A stretch of 64,000 bases of DNA. It comes from an uncultured Chloroflexia bacterium (GTDB lineage Bacteria; Chloroflexota; Chloroflexia; Thermomicrobiales; CFX8). Below are positions 1 through 11,081 of the stretch, piece after piece. The stretch's first letter is position 1, and every line of letters starts with the position of its first letter. The stretch covers positions 995,736-1,059,735 of the forward strand of contig CAVSNU010000003.1 of the NCBI GenBank assembly GCA_963729445.1. Reading direction: 5' to 3'. The position numbers were made by a program, and so were the translations under genes. The notes beneath the pieces are model-generated. The model was not told the origin of the DNA, made no database searches, and saw only the letters and a list, made by a program, of their open reading frames with translations.

Positions 1-161
1 TTCCGCCGGCTTGACGCCCCGGCCGTCAATCGCTTGTTGCCGCCGGTGACTCCCGGGGAACCAGGGGGACAGGAACCCGAATCTCAGATTCCCGCCCCAC
101 ACGGACTGCCACGTGTCTGAATGCTGCGATACCGCCCGAACCAGGCCGAGCGTCCTGCCTC

Positions 162-446
<285 letters not shown>

Positions 447-537
447 CTATAGGACCGGCCCGGCTACACAACGCACGCCTCCCCGAGACGCGATTCGACC
501 CATCGTTACCGTGCGGGGTCTTTGACCTCCACCAAAG

Positions 538-1405
538 TTAATGGCCGTGACTCTCCTCTGGGTTCCCGTGCTCATCAGCCCCGGCGACGGCGAGCGCCAG
601 GTAGATGAGAGTCAAGAGCGCAAACACAAGCGCCTGGACAAATCCGAATAAGACTTCAAGGAAGAGGAAGACCGTTGGCACCGCCAGTGTTGCAATAGCA
701 AACCAGGTCGCGGCGGCGATACCGATCATCACGGCAACGAGTACTTCGCCAGCGAAGACGTTGCCGAAGAGACGGAAGGAGAGTGAAACAATACGAGAGA
801 CTTCTGCAATGAGCTCAAGCGGGAAGATCCACCAGGGATCAGCCATATGCTTGATCCGGCCTCCGATGCCATGCGCCGTGATGCCGGCCACCTGGACAAT
901 AAAGATCGCCAGGATCGCCATTGCAAGCGTCATGTTGAGGTCGGCGCTGGGAGAACGAAAGAGCGGGCACGAGTACTTCGTGTGCCCCGCCTTGCTCTTC
1001 CTCCTGGGCGAAAGCGGGTCCCTGGGTGTTCGGCTGAGCGACGTACGCAATCTGCGCCGTCTCCTCTTCCTCGATGTGCTTCACACCGATGGTACCCACG
1101 CCAGGCAGCAGCCCCGAGTAGTTGGAGAGAATAATAAATACGAAAAGACCGCCAATCAGCGGCCAGATGCGGCGGCCGACTCGTCTGCCGGCCGTATTCT
1201 CAACGATGCCGAGCATGAAGTCGACGAAGGATTCAAAGATGAACTGACCGTAGCCCCTCGGTTGCAAGGTTGCCCGGCGGGCAATCCACGTGCCGAGGAG
1301 GAGGATAACGGCCATGACCATGAGCATGGTCAAAAAGGAGTTCGTGACGTTTAACGGGCCGATTGAAAACAATGTCTCGGCTGCAATTGAGACATGAATA
1401 TCCAT
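538..1405 (-). CDS. atpB: F0F1 ATP synthase subunit a, one frameshift near 965 (probable sequencing error)
   Basis: ORF 839..1405 (TNSFLT, NYSGLLPG) joins ORF 538..1050 (LFRSPSADLN, SLSFRLFGNVFAGE, VQALVF) if one C is removed in gtgcccgctc. Confidence 0.93.
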
Positions 1406-1417
1406 GTACTACCGTTC

Positions 1418-1726
1418 CTACCCCGACGTATTCTCTTCTTCCGGCCCGCGATTCCCCGAATCACGGTCAGTCGATCGCTTCAGCCTGACGAGGCCCTTTT
1501 CAGGCTGCCCGAGCACCGCAAGCTCGTAGAGCGCGTAGCCTGCCGCAATCATACCCGCCACTATGCCGAGAAGCACCATTACCGGTGCGGTGCCTAACCA
1601 ACGGTCGAGTAAAACTCCCCCACCAATACACACCAAAAGACTGACTACGACAGTGCATCCAATGCCGGATGCCGCACCAATCGCTTGCCAGTCCTGTTGA
1701 GAATGCGGTCCGAGCGGGTCCCCCAT
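1418..1726 (-). CDS. AtpZ/AtpI-family small membrane protein (first gene of atp operon)
   Basis: Two TM segments, GGGVLLDRWLGTAP motif, position upstream of atpB; start chosen at ATG 1726. Confidence 0.8.
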   Translation of the reverse strand: MGDPLGPHSQQDWQAIGAASGIGCTVVVSLLVCIGGGVLLDRWLGTAPVMVLLGIVAGMIAAGYALYELAVLGQPEKGLVRLKRSTDRDSGNRGPEEENTSG

Positions 1727-1886
1727 CCCGCACCTCGCTCTCAAACTGCGTGCACTATATCACAATCTCGTGACGCACCCTAGTCACTGATCGCATTGTC
1801 GCACATTCCCGGCAGCCACTTTCTCAAGCGGCAGGGTCGCTCCATCTGAGAGGAAGATCGTACCCAGCACGAGACGCGCCATCAGT

Positions 1887-3567
1887 CTATGGAAGCACTG
1901 GTTGGCGCTGGCCGTCGACTTCCTGGCGCATGGGCAGCGGTCGCTGGTCGCCCTCGCGCAGCACCTGCGTGGCCGCGCCAACGAATTCGCGGAACAACGG
2001 GTGCGGCCGGGTCGGGCGAGACTTGAACTCCGGATGGAACTGCACACCGACGAAGAATGGATGATCGCGCAGCTCCATGATCTCCGCTAGCCGGTTGTCC
2101 GGCGACGCGCCTGAGACGATCAGACCGACCCGCGCAAGCTCGTCGCGGAAGCGATTGTTGACCTCCCAGCGGTGCCGGTGGCGCTCCACGATCAGCTCGT
2201 TCGCCATAGGCCTCGGCGGTCTTCGTGCCCGGCACCAGCTGGCAGGGCCATACTGGCCGAGTCGCATCGTGCCGCCCATGTCGACGCCCTGCTGGTCGGG
2301 CATCAGGTCGATCACCGGGTGGCTCGTGTCGGGGTCGATCTCGGTGCTAGTTGGCATCGGTATAGCCGAGCACATTGCGGGCGACGTCGATCACCGCCAT
2401 ATGCAGGCCGTAACACAGGCCAAGATAGGGGACCTTGTGCTCGCGTGCGTAACGAGACGGCGAGCGATCTTGCCTTCGACGCCGCGCGCCCCGAAGCCAC
2501 CCGGTACCACGATGCCGCTGACGTGCTCCAGCTCGGCCTCGAGCTCTTCGGGCGTCACCAGCTCGGAGTTGATCCAGTTGATATCGACGTCGACATCATG
2601 GGCCAGACCGGCATGCGCCAGCGATTCTGACGACGCTCATGTAGGCATCGTGCAGCTCGACGTATTTGCCGACCAGAGCGATCTCGATCTTCTGCCGGCG
2701 TGGCGTCCTGATGCGCGCAACCAGCTCCCTCCAGTCGTCAAGGTCCGGCTCGCATCGACCAGCCGAAGTGGCGGGCCAGATAGTTGCCGAGCCCCAGCCT
2801 CTTCCAGCATCAACGGCACTTCATAGATGGTGTCGGCTGTCTCCAGCGGGATCACTGCCTCTTCGTCGACATCGCAGAAGAGCGAGATCTTCGGACATGA
2901 CTTCTTCCGGCACCGGCATATCCGAGCGGCAGACGATCACATCCGGCTGGATACCGATCGCGCGCAGCTCTTTGCACCGAGTGCTGGGTCGGCTTCGTCT
3001 TGAGCTCACCAGAAGCGGCGACGTACGGGCAGCAGCGTGACGTGAATGTAGAGGACGTTGCTGCGGCCCTGGTCTTTGCGCATCTGGCGGATCGCTTCGA
3101 GGAACGGCTGGCCCTCGATGTCGCCGACCGTTCCGCCGACCTCAACGATGAGCGACATCCGCGCCGGCTGCTCATCGGCGACTTCGCGGATGCGGTCCTT
3201 GATCTCGTTGGTGATATGCGGAATGACCTGGATCGTGCCGCCCAGATAATCCCCACGGCGCTCCTTGGCAATCACGGAGGAGTAGACCTGGCCGGTCGTG
3301 ACGTTCGAGCCCGCGCGCACGTACTCATCGGTGAAGCGCTCGTAGTGCCCGAGGTCCAGGTCGGTCTCTGCGCCATCCTCGGTGACAAATACTTCGCCGT
3401 GCTGATACGGCGACATCGTGCCCGGGATCGACATTCAGATACGGATCGAGCTTCATCATCGCGACACTCATGCCGCGCGCCTTGATCAGGCGGCCGATCG
3501 ACGCCGTCGTGATCCCTTTGCCGACCGACGAGACGACTCCACCGGTTACGAAAATATACTTGGTCAT
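1887..3567 (-). CDS. pyrG: CTP synthase, broken by multiple frameshifts (probable assembly errors)
   Basis: Motifs across frames: [89 protein letters not shown]. Confidence 0.95.
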
Positions 3568-3623
3568 CGCCTCACCCTTCCCCAACCTGGGCACCCCTAC
3601 CGGTTGGAAATGTTATGTCCCGT

Positions 3624-3670
3624 AAAAAAACCATCTCAAACCAGTCATCCTGGGCCCTCCAGGATGACTG
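3624..3670 (-). terminator. Perfect 12-bp hairpin with nearby T-run, between the MBL hydrolase gene and pyrG
   Basis: cagtcatcctgg-gccct-ccaggatgactg at 3642-3670; A7 run at 3624-3630 reads as T7 on the minus strand, but is offset from the stem. Confidence 0.5.
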
Positions 3671-3694
3671 ACTCCCAACGACCTATCTGATAGG

Positions 3695-4345
3695 CTAGCG
3701 CGCCGTGGCGCCCAGCTCCAGCACGACGACTTCGGTCATTTCGCGCAAATCACTCTGGCGCACCGTCAGCTTGTCCACCGGCGTGACCTCGGGAGCCGCC
3801 ATCTCCTTCAGAAAGCGAGCGAGGTCTGCCCGGTCATGGTCACCGAGGGCGTTGCGATACTGCATCGGGATCACGATCTTCGGTTCAATCTGGCCCACAA
3901 CCTCCGCCGCGGCTTCGGCATCCAGGACTGGACCGCCGCCAATCGGCACGATCAGGATATCGACCGAAGTCAGGGCTTCCACCTGGTCGGCGGAGAGGGA
4001 ATGCCCCAGATCGCCGAGGTGGCAGATCGTTATATTCTCAGTTTCAATGATATAGGCGGTGTTCCGGCCACGCTCTTCACCGCGTTTGCTGTCATGGAAG
4101 GTGCGGATGCCGGTGATAAAGATCTCGTTCATCTCATACTCGCCCGGCGCCCGGACAACCTTGTAGTCGCCAGTGATGATCTCAGTGGCGGTGTGGCCCG
4201 GATGGTCGTGCGAGAGGGTGACGATATCTGCGCGCTGCTTGTCGACTTTGTAGCCCAGTGAGCGCGGAACGGGGTCAGTTATGATTGTCGCTTCACGCGA
4301 CCGCAAACGGAAACATGCGTGGCCAAACCACTTTATCTCAGCCAT
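3695..4345 (-). CDS. MBL-fold metallo-hydrolase
   Basis: WFGHACF, SHDHPGH, HLGDLGH, IPMQY motifs. Confidence 0.9.
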   Translation of the reverse strand: MAEIKWFGHACFRLRSREATIITDPVPRSLGYKVDKQRADIVTLSHDHPGHTATEIITGDYKVVRAPGEYEMNEIFITGIRTFHDSKRGEERGRNTAYIIETENITICHLGDLGHSLSADQVEALTSVDILIVPIGGGPVLDAEAAAEVVGQIEPKIVIPMQYRNALGDHDRADLARFLKEMAAPEVTPVDKLTVRQSDLREMTEVVVLELGATAR

Positions 4346-4527
4346 CGTCCTCGATACCCAGGTGATCGTTGCGACTATTCAAATGCGGTGTGGGCTTGTG
4401 ACGAGAGGAGTTCTCAGCGGCCTAGATCAGGATACCACGAGACCCATACTTTTGGCATGGATTTCGGGTACGTCCGTATGGGTGCTGAGGGCAATTTAAG
4501 GGAGTCTACGATGCTACGCGAGCGGGC

Positions 4528-5148
4528 TCACGTCTCGTAGTCTTCATCTTCGTCGAGCTCTCCGAACACTTCCTTCAACACGGGTTTAATGACGTCCCAG
4601 CCATAGCCGCGGCGGCTCAGGAAGGCAGCCAGACGGCGTTCCTGCGTCTGGCGGTCCAGGCTTGAGAGGGAGCTCAGCCGTTTGCGCGCAAGCTCAAGGG
4701 CGGCGCCAGCCTCATCTACCTCGGCCTCTTCCAGCACATCGCCGACAACCTCGGCTGAGACGCCCCGGCTGCGCAGCTCGCCGGCCAGCAGACGCTTGCC
4801 GCGCGGGCGGTGCTCGGTGCGGTTGCCCACCCACCACTCGGCAAAGGCCTGGTCGTCGAGGTACCCCCAGCCCCGCATCCGCTCGATCGCCTGGTCGATG
4901 GCTTCCTGGCTGAAATCACGCTTGCGCAGCCGGTCGCGCACTTCGCGCTCGGAGCGCGGACGATAGCTGACGAAGGTGATGGCGCCCTGGACGGCACGTT
5001 CGACCTCGTCAACCGCCAGCAGCTCTTCGATGTCAGCCTCGGAGAGCTCGACACCGCTCCGCAGCCCACGCTTGACGGCTTCAATCGCGGGCAGCCCCAG
5101 GGCAAATTCGCCGTCGATGAACACGCTCACCCGCTCCGGGTCACGCAC
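4528..5148 (-). CDS. recX: RecX regulatory protein (true start probably further upstream)
   Basis: RVSVFIDGEF, SYRPRSEREVRDRL, GYLDDQAFA, FLSRRGY; frame stays open upstream (KPGTITKVTTQ) without a start codon. Confidence 0.9.
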   Translation of the reverse strand: MRDPERVSVFIDGEFALGLPAIEAVKRGLRSGVELSEADIEELLAVDEVERAVQGAITFVSYRPRSEREVRDRLRKRDFSQEAIDQAIERMRGWGYLDDQAFAEWWVGNRTEHRPRGKRLLAGELRSRGVSAEVVGDVLEEAEVDEAGAALELARKRLSSLSSLDRQTQERRLAAFLSRRGYGWDVIKPVLKEVFGELDEDEDYET

Positions 5149-5222
5149 CTGGGTCGTTACCTTGGTGATCGTGCCCGGTTTCGGCCTGCGTACCTCACGC
5201 GGCTCGCCGCGCCGGCCTGGGG

Positions 5223-5840
5223 TTAGTCTGCGACGCTCTTTGCCTGCCAGTAGTCATACTCCATCAGTCGTGCCGAGCTCTGGGCAGCCGCTGTGCCGCA
5301 CAAACGCTCGATGACGTGCAATGACATGTCAATACCCGCCGAGACGCCGGCGGACGAAACGATCGCGCCGTCGTCTACAAAGCGCACGTTCTCCTGGACC
5401 TCAATGTCGGGAAACATCTCGCGCATCCGTTGGATGCTGCCCCAGTGCGTGGTCGCCTTGCCATCCTGAAGCAACCCCGCCTTGCCCAGCAGGAAGCTGC
5501 CGGTGCAGACGGACGTCGTGAGCTCGGCGGCGTCAGCCACCTGACGGATCCAGGTAATGAGGGCCGGGTTGTCGATCTCCCGGCGCGTGCCCTGACCGCC
5601 GGGAACGACCAGGATATCGATCTTCGGCGCGTTGTGAAAGCTGTAATCCGGGATAAATCTCAGCCCGGCCTTCGACGCGACCGGTTCTGCGTGCTCGGCC
5701 ACGGTAAAGGTGTGAAAAATCGGGTTTCCATCCCGGCTGGCAGCGGAAAATGCTTCGTAGGGGCCGCAAAAATCCAGGAGCTCAACGTCCGGAAAAATAA
5801 GAATACCAACGTTGCGCAGCATGTCGCTTTGGTCCACCAT
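5223..5840 (-). CDS. DJ-1/PfpI family protein
   Basis: ELLDFCGPYEAF, VVPGG, SVCTGS, ATTHW, SSAGVSAGIDM. Confidence 0.92.
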   Translation of the reverse strand: MVDQSDMLRNVGILIFPDVELLDFCGPYEAFSAASRDGNPIFHTFTVAEHAEPVASKAGLRFIPDYSFHNAPKIDILVVPGGQGTRREIDNPALITWIRQVADAAELTTSVCTGSFLLGKAGLLQDGKATTHWGSIQRMREMFPDIEVQENVRFVDDGAIVSSAGVSAGIDMSLHVIERLCGTAAAQSSARLMEYDYWQAKSVAD

Positions 5841-5853
5841 CTACTTGCTCTCC

Positions 5854-7030
5854 TTACTGCCGCGAGGCCCAACGCCGGACGCCTTCAGGTCGGCGAAACA
5901 GGCCGCCGCCCGCGCCAGCCCCTCGACTGAAGACTTCTGGCGTCTGGCCGACGCCCAGCCGCAGGTGGTGCTCGTAGCCGAACGCCGAGCCGGGCGCGAG
6001 CATCACACTGTATTCCTCGGCCAGGCGGTTCGGCCAGATCCATCGAGGGAATGTCGAGGTCGTAGCTCCAGCAGCGCCAGCAGCCCGCCTCGCGGCGGCG
6101 TCCAGCTGACGACATCGGCGTGCGCTCGGCGATCCAGTCGTTGACGGTCGCGAGGTTCTGCTGCGACGATCGCCTCGCGTTGCGCGCGACGATCTGGTCG
6201 CGGTGCTTCAGGCCAGCACCGCCAGCGCGTCGTTGAGCTTGCCCGGGCTGAGCGAGATGTAGTCGCGCATCGCCCAGCACGCGGCGACGATGTCCGCCGG
6301 CGCGGCGATCCAGCCGATGCGCAGGCCCGGCAGCCCGAACGGCTTGGAGAACGTGCCGACGCTGATGCCGCGCGTCGCCGAGATCGCGCACCGGCGGCGC
6401 GCAAGCGGCTCGCCGCCCGGCAGCTCCAGCCAGCGATACGCCTCGTCGCTCATGCACCCAGCGCGCCGACCGACTCGGCCAGCGCGTAGACGCGCCGCAG
6501 CGTCGTCTGGCGAGAGCATCGCGCCGGTCGGGTTGTGCGGCGTGTTGACGACGATCAGCCGCGTCCGGGCGTGACCAGCCGCTCGAGCGCGTCGAGATCG
6601 TAGCGGAACCCGTCTTCCGGCCGCAGCTTCCAGAGCGAGACGTCGCAGCCGATGGCGCGCGGCACGCTGTAGAGCTGCTGGTAGGCCGGGTAGACCGCGA
6701 CGACGTGGTCGCCCGGCTCGAGCAGCACGTTGAAGAGCAGGAAGTTCGCCTCGATCGCGCCGGTCGTGACGAGGATGTGGTCCGGGCCGGTCTCGGCAGT
6801 AGGTCGCCGCCAGCAGCGTGCGCAGCTCCAGCGAGCCCGGCGCCTCGCTGTATCCGAGGCGCGTGTCAAGCAGGCCGTGCCAGCGTGCGCTCCCGCTCGT
6901 CCTCCGGCATCAAGATCGAGCAAGCTCGTTCACCGTCATCGGATAGGATGCCGCTCTCGGCGATGTCGTAGTCGACGTTGACTTCGTAGGTCGTCATCCA
7001 GCGCTCAAGCGCGAACGTCTCGATCTTCAT
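5854..7030 (-). CDS. PLP-dependent class I/II aminotransferase, heavily frameshifted
   Basis: MKIETFALERWMTTYE start at 7030; fragments TTGAIEANFL, NTPHNPTG, SDEAYRWL, GTFSKPFGLPGLRIGW in shifting frames; 3' end approximate. Confidence 0.85.
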
Positions 7031-7063
7031 TCGGGCTCCTCGTTACAAACCGAACCGGCCGGG

Positions 7064-7906
7064 TTATCCCGGCCGGTTCGCCACCATCAACGGCTCAAGC
7101 TCGTACATCGCCGCGCCGAGTACGGCAATCAGTCCAAAGTACATCGCGCCAACGGCGATGCGCTGCCTCAGCGGGACCACGTAGTAGGTATCACTGCCTT
7201 TCCCGCGTCGAATGGCATGCCAGACTTCCGGCGCACCGATCAACAGGATGATGAACACGATCGGACTCGGGCGCACGAGCATCAGACCGATCAGCGCCGC
7301 ATAGCCCAGCACCCAGAACCAGCGCGAGATAGCGCCCACGGCACGTCCACCATCCAGGGGCATGACCGGCAACAGGTTGAACAGATTCAGCAGCACCCCG
7401 ATGTAGGTCAATGCCAGGAAGATCGTGTGATCGGTCGTCTGGTAGAGCGCCCAGGCCGCCAGCGCACCCAGCGAGCCGATGACGGGTCCGCCAAGCCCAA
7501 CGACCGCCTCCATGACGGCATTCTTCGGCAGCTGCTTCATCGCGATGAAGGCCCCAAGAAACGGGATGAAGACCGGCGCTGAGGCCTTCACTCCATAGCG
7601 ACGCAAGGCGAGGACGTGGCCCATTTCATGAATGAAGATCAGCACTACGAGGCCGACCGCGAACTGCCATCCAAACCACAACGCGTAGGCTCCCACGCTG
7701 AGCAGCGCGGTGAGACCAGTGCTCAAGAATTTGATGCTCTTCAAGAGAGTCAGGATGAACTTCAGCTTGGTCGCGGCGAAGACGAGCGCGGTCGCTACCG
7801 GCCCAAGAAGCTTGCGCCACTTGCTGCGAGGAGGTTTTTCCTCCACCCGCTCGTCGTCCAGTACGCGGAAATCCGCGTCGTAAATATCAGGGTAGTTCGA
7901 TGACAT
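7064..7906 (-). CDS. Site-2 protease (M50 family) membrane metalloprotease
   Basis: HEMGH, GLGGP, NLFNLLPVMPLDGG motifs. Confidence 0.93.
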   Translation of the reverse strand: MSSNYPDIYDADFRVLDDERVEEKPPRSKWRKLLGPVATALVFAATKLKFILTLLKSIKFLSTGLTALLSVGAYALWFGWQFAVGLVVLIFIHEMGHVLALRRYGVKASAPVFIPFLGAFIAMKQLPKNAVMEAVVGLGGPVIGSLGALAAWALYQTTDHTIFLALTYIGVLLNLFNLLPVMPLDGGRAVGAISRWFWVLGYAALIGLMLVRPSPIVFIILLIGAPEVWHAIRRGKGSDTYYVVPLRQRIAVGAMYFGLIAVLGAAMYELEPLMVANRPG

Positions 7907-8055
7907 CGGGTTTCCAGACTATTGATGCAGACGCTGCAAGTGCGTCTTTGAAATAGAGCGCCCGGGCAATGGAAACTATTCCGTTCGACTCCGACAAAGT
8001 TGCGTCAGGTCGACTCAATCTTATCAATGCTATCAAGCGGACGGTGGCGCGCTGC

Positions 8056-8787
8056 CTAGGTGAGCAGCAGCGCACCGGAGACGATCAACAGCGACGCGAC
8101 CGCCACCCGAAACACCTCGTCGGAGACCTTGAAGTGCAAACGGCTCCCGATGAGCGACCCGGCGATTGCGACCGGCACCAGTACGGCACTGCGGTGGAGC
8201 GCAACGTTCGAGATGACACCGAGCTGGAAGTACGAGCCGATGCGCAGAACGTCGAGGATGAAAAACAGCGCTAGCAAGGTCGAACGCATCTGCGCCGGCG
8301 AAGGCAAGACCCGTTGGAGATAGGGCACGATCACCGGCCCGCTCGTCCCGATCAACCCGTGCAGGACGCCAACGCTCAGACCGACAGCCCCGTTCACAAT
8401 GTTTTTCGACCTCCCTGAACGCTGAACGATGACGATTCGCTTCGCCAGCGTAATAACGCCAATGATGATCGTGGTGACCCCGAGAATGCGCGCGATCCAC
8501 TCCACCGGCAGCTTCGCCAGCAGCAGGCTTCCGATCACCAATCCGGCCGAGCTCCACAGCACGATGGGCAGCAGGATTGCCCAGTTCACTGAACGCCGTC
8601 CCATCGTGACCAGCATCATGCCCGTGACAATCTGGACCAGCGCCACAATCACGACAGCCAGCCGGATATCCCACACCAGGCCCAGCAGCGGCACCATCAG
8701 GAGCGCTCCGCCGAACCCGGTGAAGCCGCGCACCACCATCGCCCCGAACACGATGGCAGTCGCTAACGCAAGGTCCAGAGGAATCAT
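8056..8787 (-). CDS. TauE/SafE family sulfite exporter
   Basis: 243 aa polytopic membrane protein; GFTGFGGALLMVP and GLIGTSGP. Confidence 0.88.
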   Translation of the reverse strand: MIPLDLALATAIVFGAMVVRGFTGFGGALLMVPLLGLVWDIRLAVVIVALVQIVTGMMLVTMGRRSVNWAILLPIVLWSSAGLVIGSLLLAKLPVEWIARILGVTTIIIGVITLAKRIVIVQRSGRSKNIVNGAVGLSVGVLHGLIGTSGPVIVPYLQRVLPSPAQMRSTLLALFFILDVLRIGSYFQLGVISNVALHRSAVLVPVAIAGSLIGSRLHFKVSDEVFRVAVASLLIVSGALLLT

Positions 8788-8795
8788 CTACGCGG

Positions 8796-11081
8796 TCAGG
8801 CTGTGGGGCGGTTGAACATGACCAGCATGTCCAGAAGCTTGGAGGTCGTCTCCTTGGCGAAGGGAGTCCGCTCGTCGGAAGGGCCGACGCCAACGCAGGA
8901 GGGGCAGCCGTCCTCGCAGGGGCAGTCGCGCACGTGCTCGCGGGCGGCCCGCAACAGGAGGTCATGCACGTCATACAGCCGCTCGCTGAAGCCGACGCCG
9001 CCGGGCACCTTATCGTAGATGAACACGGTGGCGCGGCTGGTGAAGGGTGATTTCGCCTGGGCATAAACACCGATGTCACGTGGATCACACATCAGGTAGA
9101 TCGGCGCGATGTTGCCCAGCACGTTCGCCAGTCCGGTCACCGCTCCGTTCAGCCGCGCCTCGGAGACGCCCGCGGTTAGCGATGCCGGGATGCTGGTCCA
9201 ATAGGCAGAGGTGTGCATCTGCATCTCCGGTAGATGCACCTTGCCCCAGCCAAGGTTCTCGTGAGTATGCATACGGATCTTCTTGAACTGGGTCACGATA
9301 GACGCGACCAGCACCTCGCCGTGGTGGCGTGCGTCCCCCGGCTCACCCTCGCTGAACTGCTCGATCACCTCGACCCGCACCGCCAGGCTGGCATCGGTGT
9401 AGTGCTCGACCGAGACGGGGTGGATATAGGCCTTCTTTTCCTCCCAATCGAGCTCTTCGACGTGGTACTGCTGGCCGTCGTGAATGTAGATCGCGTCGGT
9501 ATGCACCAGCATCGGCGCCGAGAAGGTGTCCACTTCGCCGATCACCCGCGGCCGGCCCGGCTGGGAGCGGTCGATGATCACCACATTCTCGCGCGCCGCC
9601 GTCCTCAAGCTGATCTCCTCAGCCGGATAGGAGTCGGCCATCCAGTACCAGGTATCGTCCGAGAAATGCAGCATGCCGATCTCGGTCAGATAGTCGAGCG
9701 CGTCGGCCGGCTCGTAGTTCCCGAAGCTGTCGCCGGCCTTGAACGGCAGCTCAAAGGCGGCGCACTTGATGTGCTCGACCAGTACCAGGAGGTTGTCCGG
9801 GTTAATCAGACCGCTCTCGGGCGTGCCTTCGAAGAAATACTCCGGGTGGTTGATGATGAATTGATCCAGTGGCGAGGATGACGCCACCAGAAACGCGACC
9901 GACACGCCCTCTCGCCGGCCCGCTCGCCCAGCCTGCTGCCAGGTGCTGGCGACGGTGCCCGGGTAGCCGGTCATGATCGCGGCGTCGAGCCCGCCGATAT
10001 CGACCCCGAGCTCCAGCGCGTTCGTCGAAACCACGCCCTTGATCCGGCCATCGCGCAAGCCGGCCTCGATCTCGCGCCGTTGTTGCGGGAGATAGCCGCC
10101 CCGGTACCCACGCACCGCTTCCGCGGCCCCCACCCGCTTCGGAAGTGACTCCCGTAAATAGGTCAGCAACACCTCGGCCGTTGTACGGGCGCGCGCAAAC
10201 ACGATGGTGTGCACTCCAGCCCGCAGCAGCTCGCTCGCCAGCCCGCTTGCCTCTAGCACCACCGAGCGCCGGATGCCGAGCGCCCGGTTCACGACCGGCG
10301 GGTTGTAGAAGATGAACTGCCGCTCGCCGCGTGGAGCGCCGTTGCGGGCGATCACCTGCACCGGCGACTCGATCAGCTTCTCGGCGAGCTCAGCCGGGTT
10401 GGCGATCGTGGCCGAGGCCAGGATGAACTGCGGGTCGGAGCCGTAGTGCCGGCAGATGCGCTTCAAGCGCCGGAGCACGTTGGCAACGTGCGAGCCAAAC
10501 ACGCCTCGATACCCGTGCATCTCGTCGATCACCACAAAGCGCAGCTTCTCAAACAGCTCGTGCCACTTGGTGTGGTGCGGCAAGATGCCGGAGTGCAGCA
10601 TGTCCGGGTTCGTGATGACGATATGCCCGGACTGGCGGATCAATCGGCGCTCGGCCGCTGGAGTGTCTCCATCGTACGGATACGTCTTGAGATCGACGTC
10701 GGCCGCCTCGATCAGCGCCTGGAGACCAACGTACTGATCCTGGGCCAGCGCTTTGGTCGGAAAGAGGAACATCGCCCGCGCGTCCGGCTCCGTCAGGAGG
10801 CGGTCGAGCACCGGCAGGTTGTAGCACAGGGTCTTGCCGGAGGCCGTCGGCGTCACGACGACCGTATGGTTGCCCGAGCGCGCCGACGCGTAGGCGTCCG
10901 CCTGGTGACTGTAGAGCTGGTCGATACCCCGATGCCGCAAGGCGGCAACCAGCCGGTGGTCCAGCCCCTCAGGCAGTGGGCGCAAATCGGCATCCATCGC
11001 CGGGATCGTGTGCCAATCGGTGATGCACGAGGACCAGCGCTCTTCGCGCTTGAGACGTTCCAGAAAGGCAGCGAGCGCCAT
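8796..11081 (-). CDS. mrfA: DEAH-box helicase with DUF1998 Zn module (MrfA/YprA/Hrq family)
   Basis: TPTASGKT, PTKALAQDQ, DEMH, SATIANP, TNALELGVDIG, QQAGRAGR, C-terminal CPCEDGCPSC; ATG at 11081 coupled to upstream stop. Confidence 0.92.
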   Translation of the reverse strand: MALAAFLERLKREERWSSCITDWHTIPAMDADLRPLPEGLDHRLVAALRHRGIDQLYSHQADAYASARSGNHTVVVTPTASGKTLCYNLPVLDRLLTEPDARAMFLFPTKALAQDQYVGLQALIEAADVDLKTYPYDGDTPAAERRLIRQSGHIVITNPDMLHSGILPHHTKWHELFEKLRFVVIDEMHGYRGVFGSHVANVLRRLKRICRHYGSDPQFILASATIANPAELAEKLIESPVQVIARNGAPRGERQFIFYNPPVVNRALGIRRSVVLEASGLASELLRAGVHTIVFARARTTAEVLLTYLRESLPKRVGAAEAVRGYRGGYLPQQRREIEAGLRDGRIKGVVSTNALELGVDIGGLDAAIMTGYPGTVASTWQQAGRAGRREGVSVAFLVASSSPLDQFIINHPEYFFEGTPESGLINPDNLLVLVEHIKCAAFELPFKAGDSFGNYEPADALDYLTEIGMLHFSDDTWYWMADSYPAEEISLRTAARENVVIIDRSQPGRPRVIGEVDTFSAPMLVHTDAIYIHDGQQYHVEELDWEEKKAYIHPVSVEHYTDASLAVRVEVIEQFSEGEPGDARHHGEVLVASIVTQFKKIRMHTHENLGWGKVHLPEMQMHTSAYWTSIPASLTAGVSEARLNGAVTGLANVLGNIAPIYLMCDPRDIGVYAQAKSPFTSRATVFIYDKVPGGVGFSERLYDVHDLLLRAAREHVRDCPCEDGCPSCVGVGPSDERTPFAKETTSKLLDMLVMFNRPTA

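Noticed and set aside
1887-3567. Programmed frameshifting or true pseudogenisation of pyrG
   Set aside because: Too many scattered indels with intact motifs in an essential gene; best explained as consensus error
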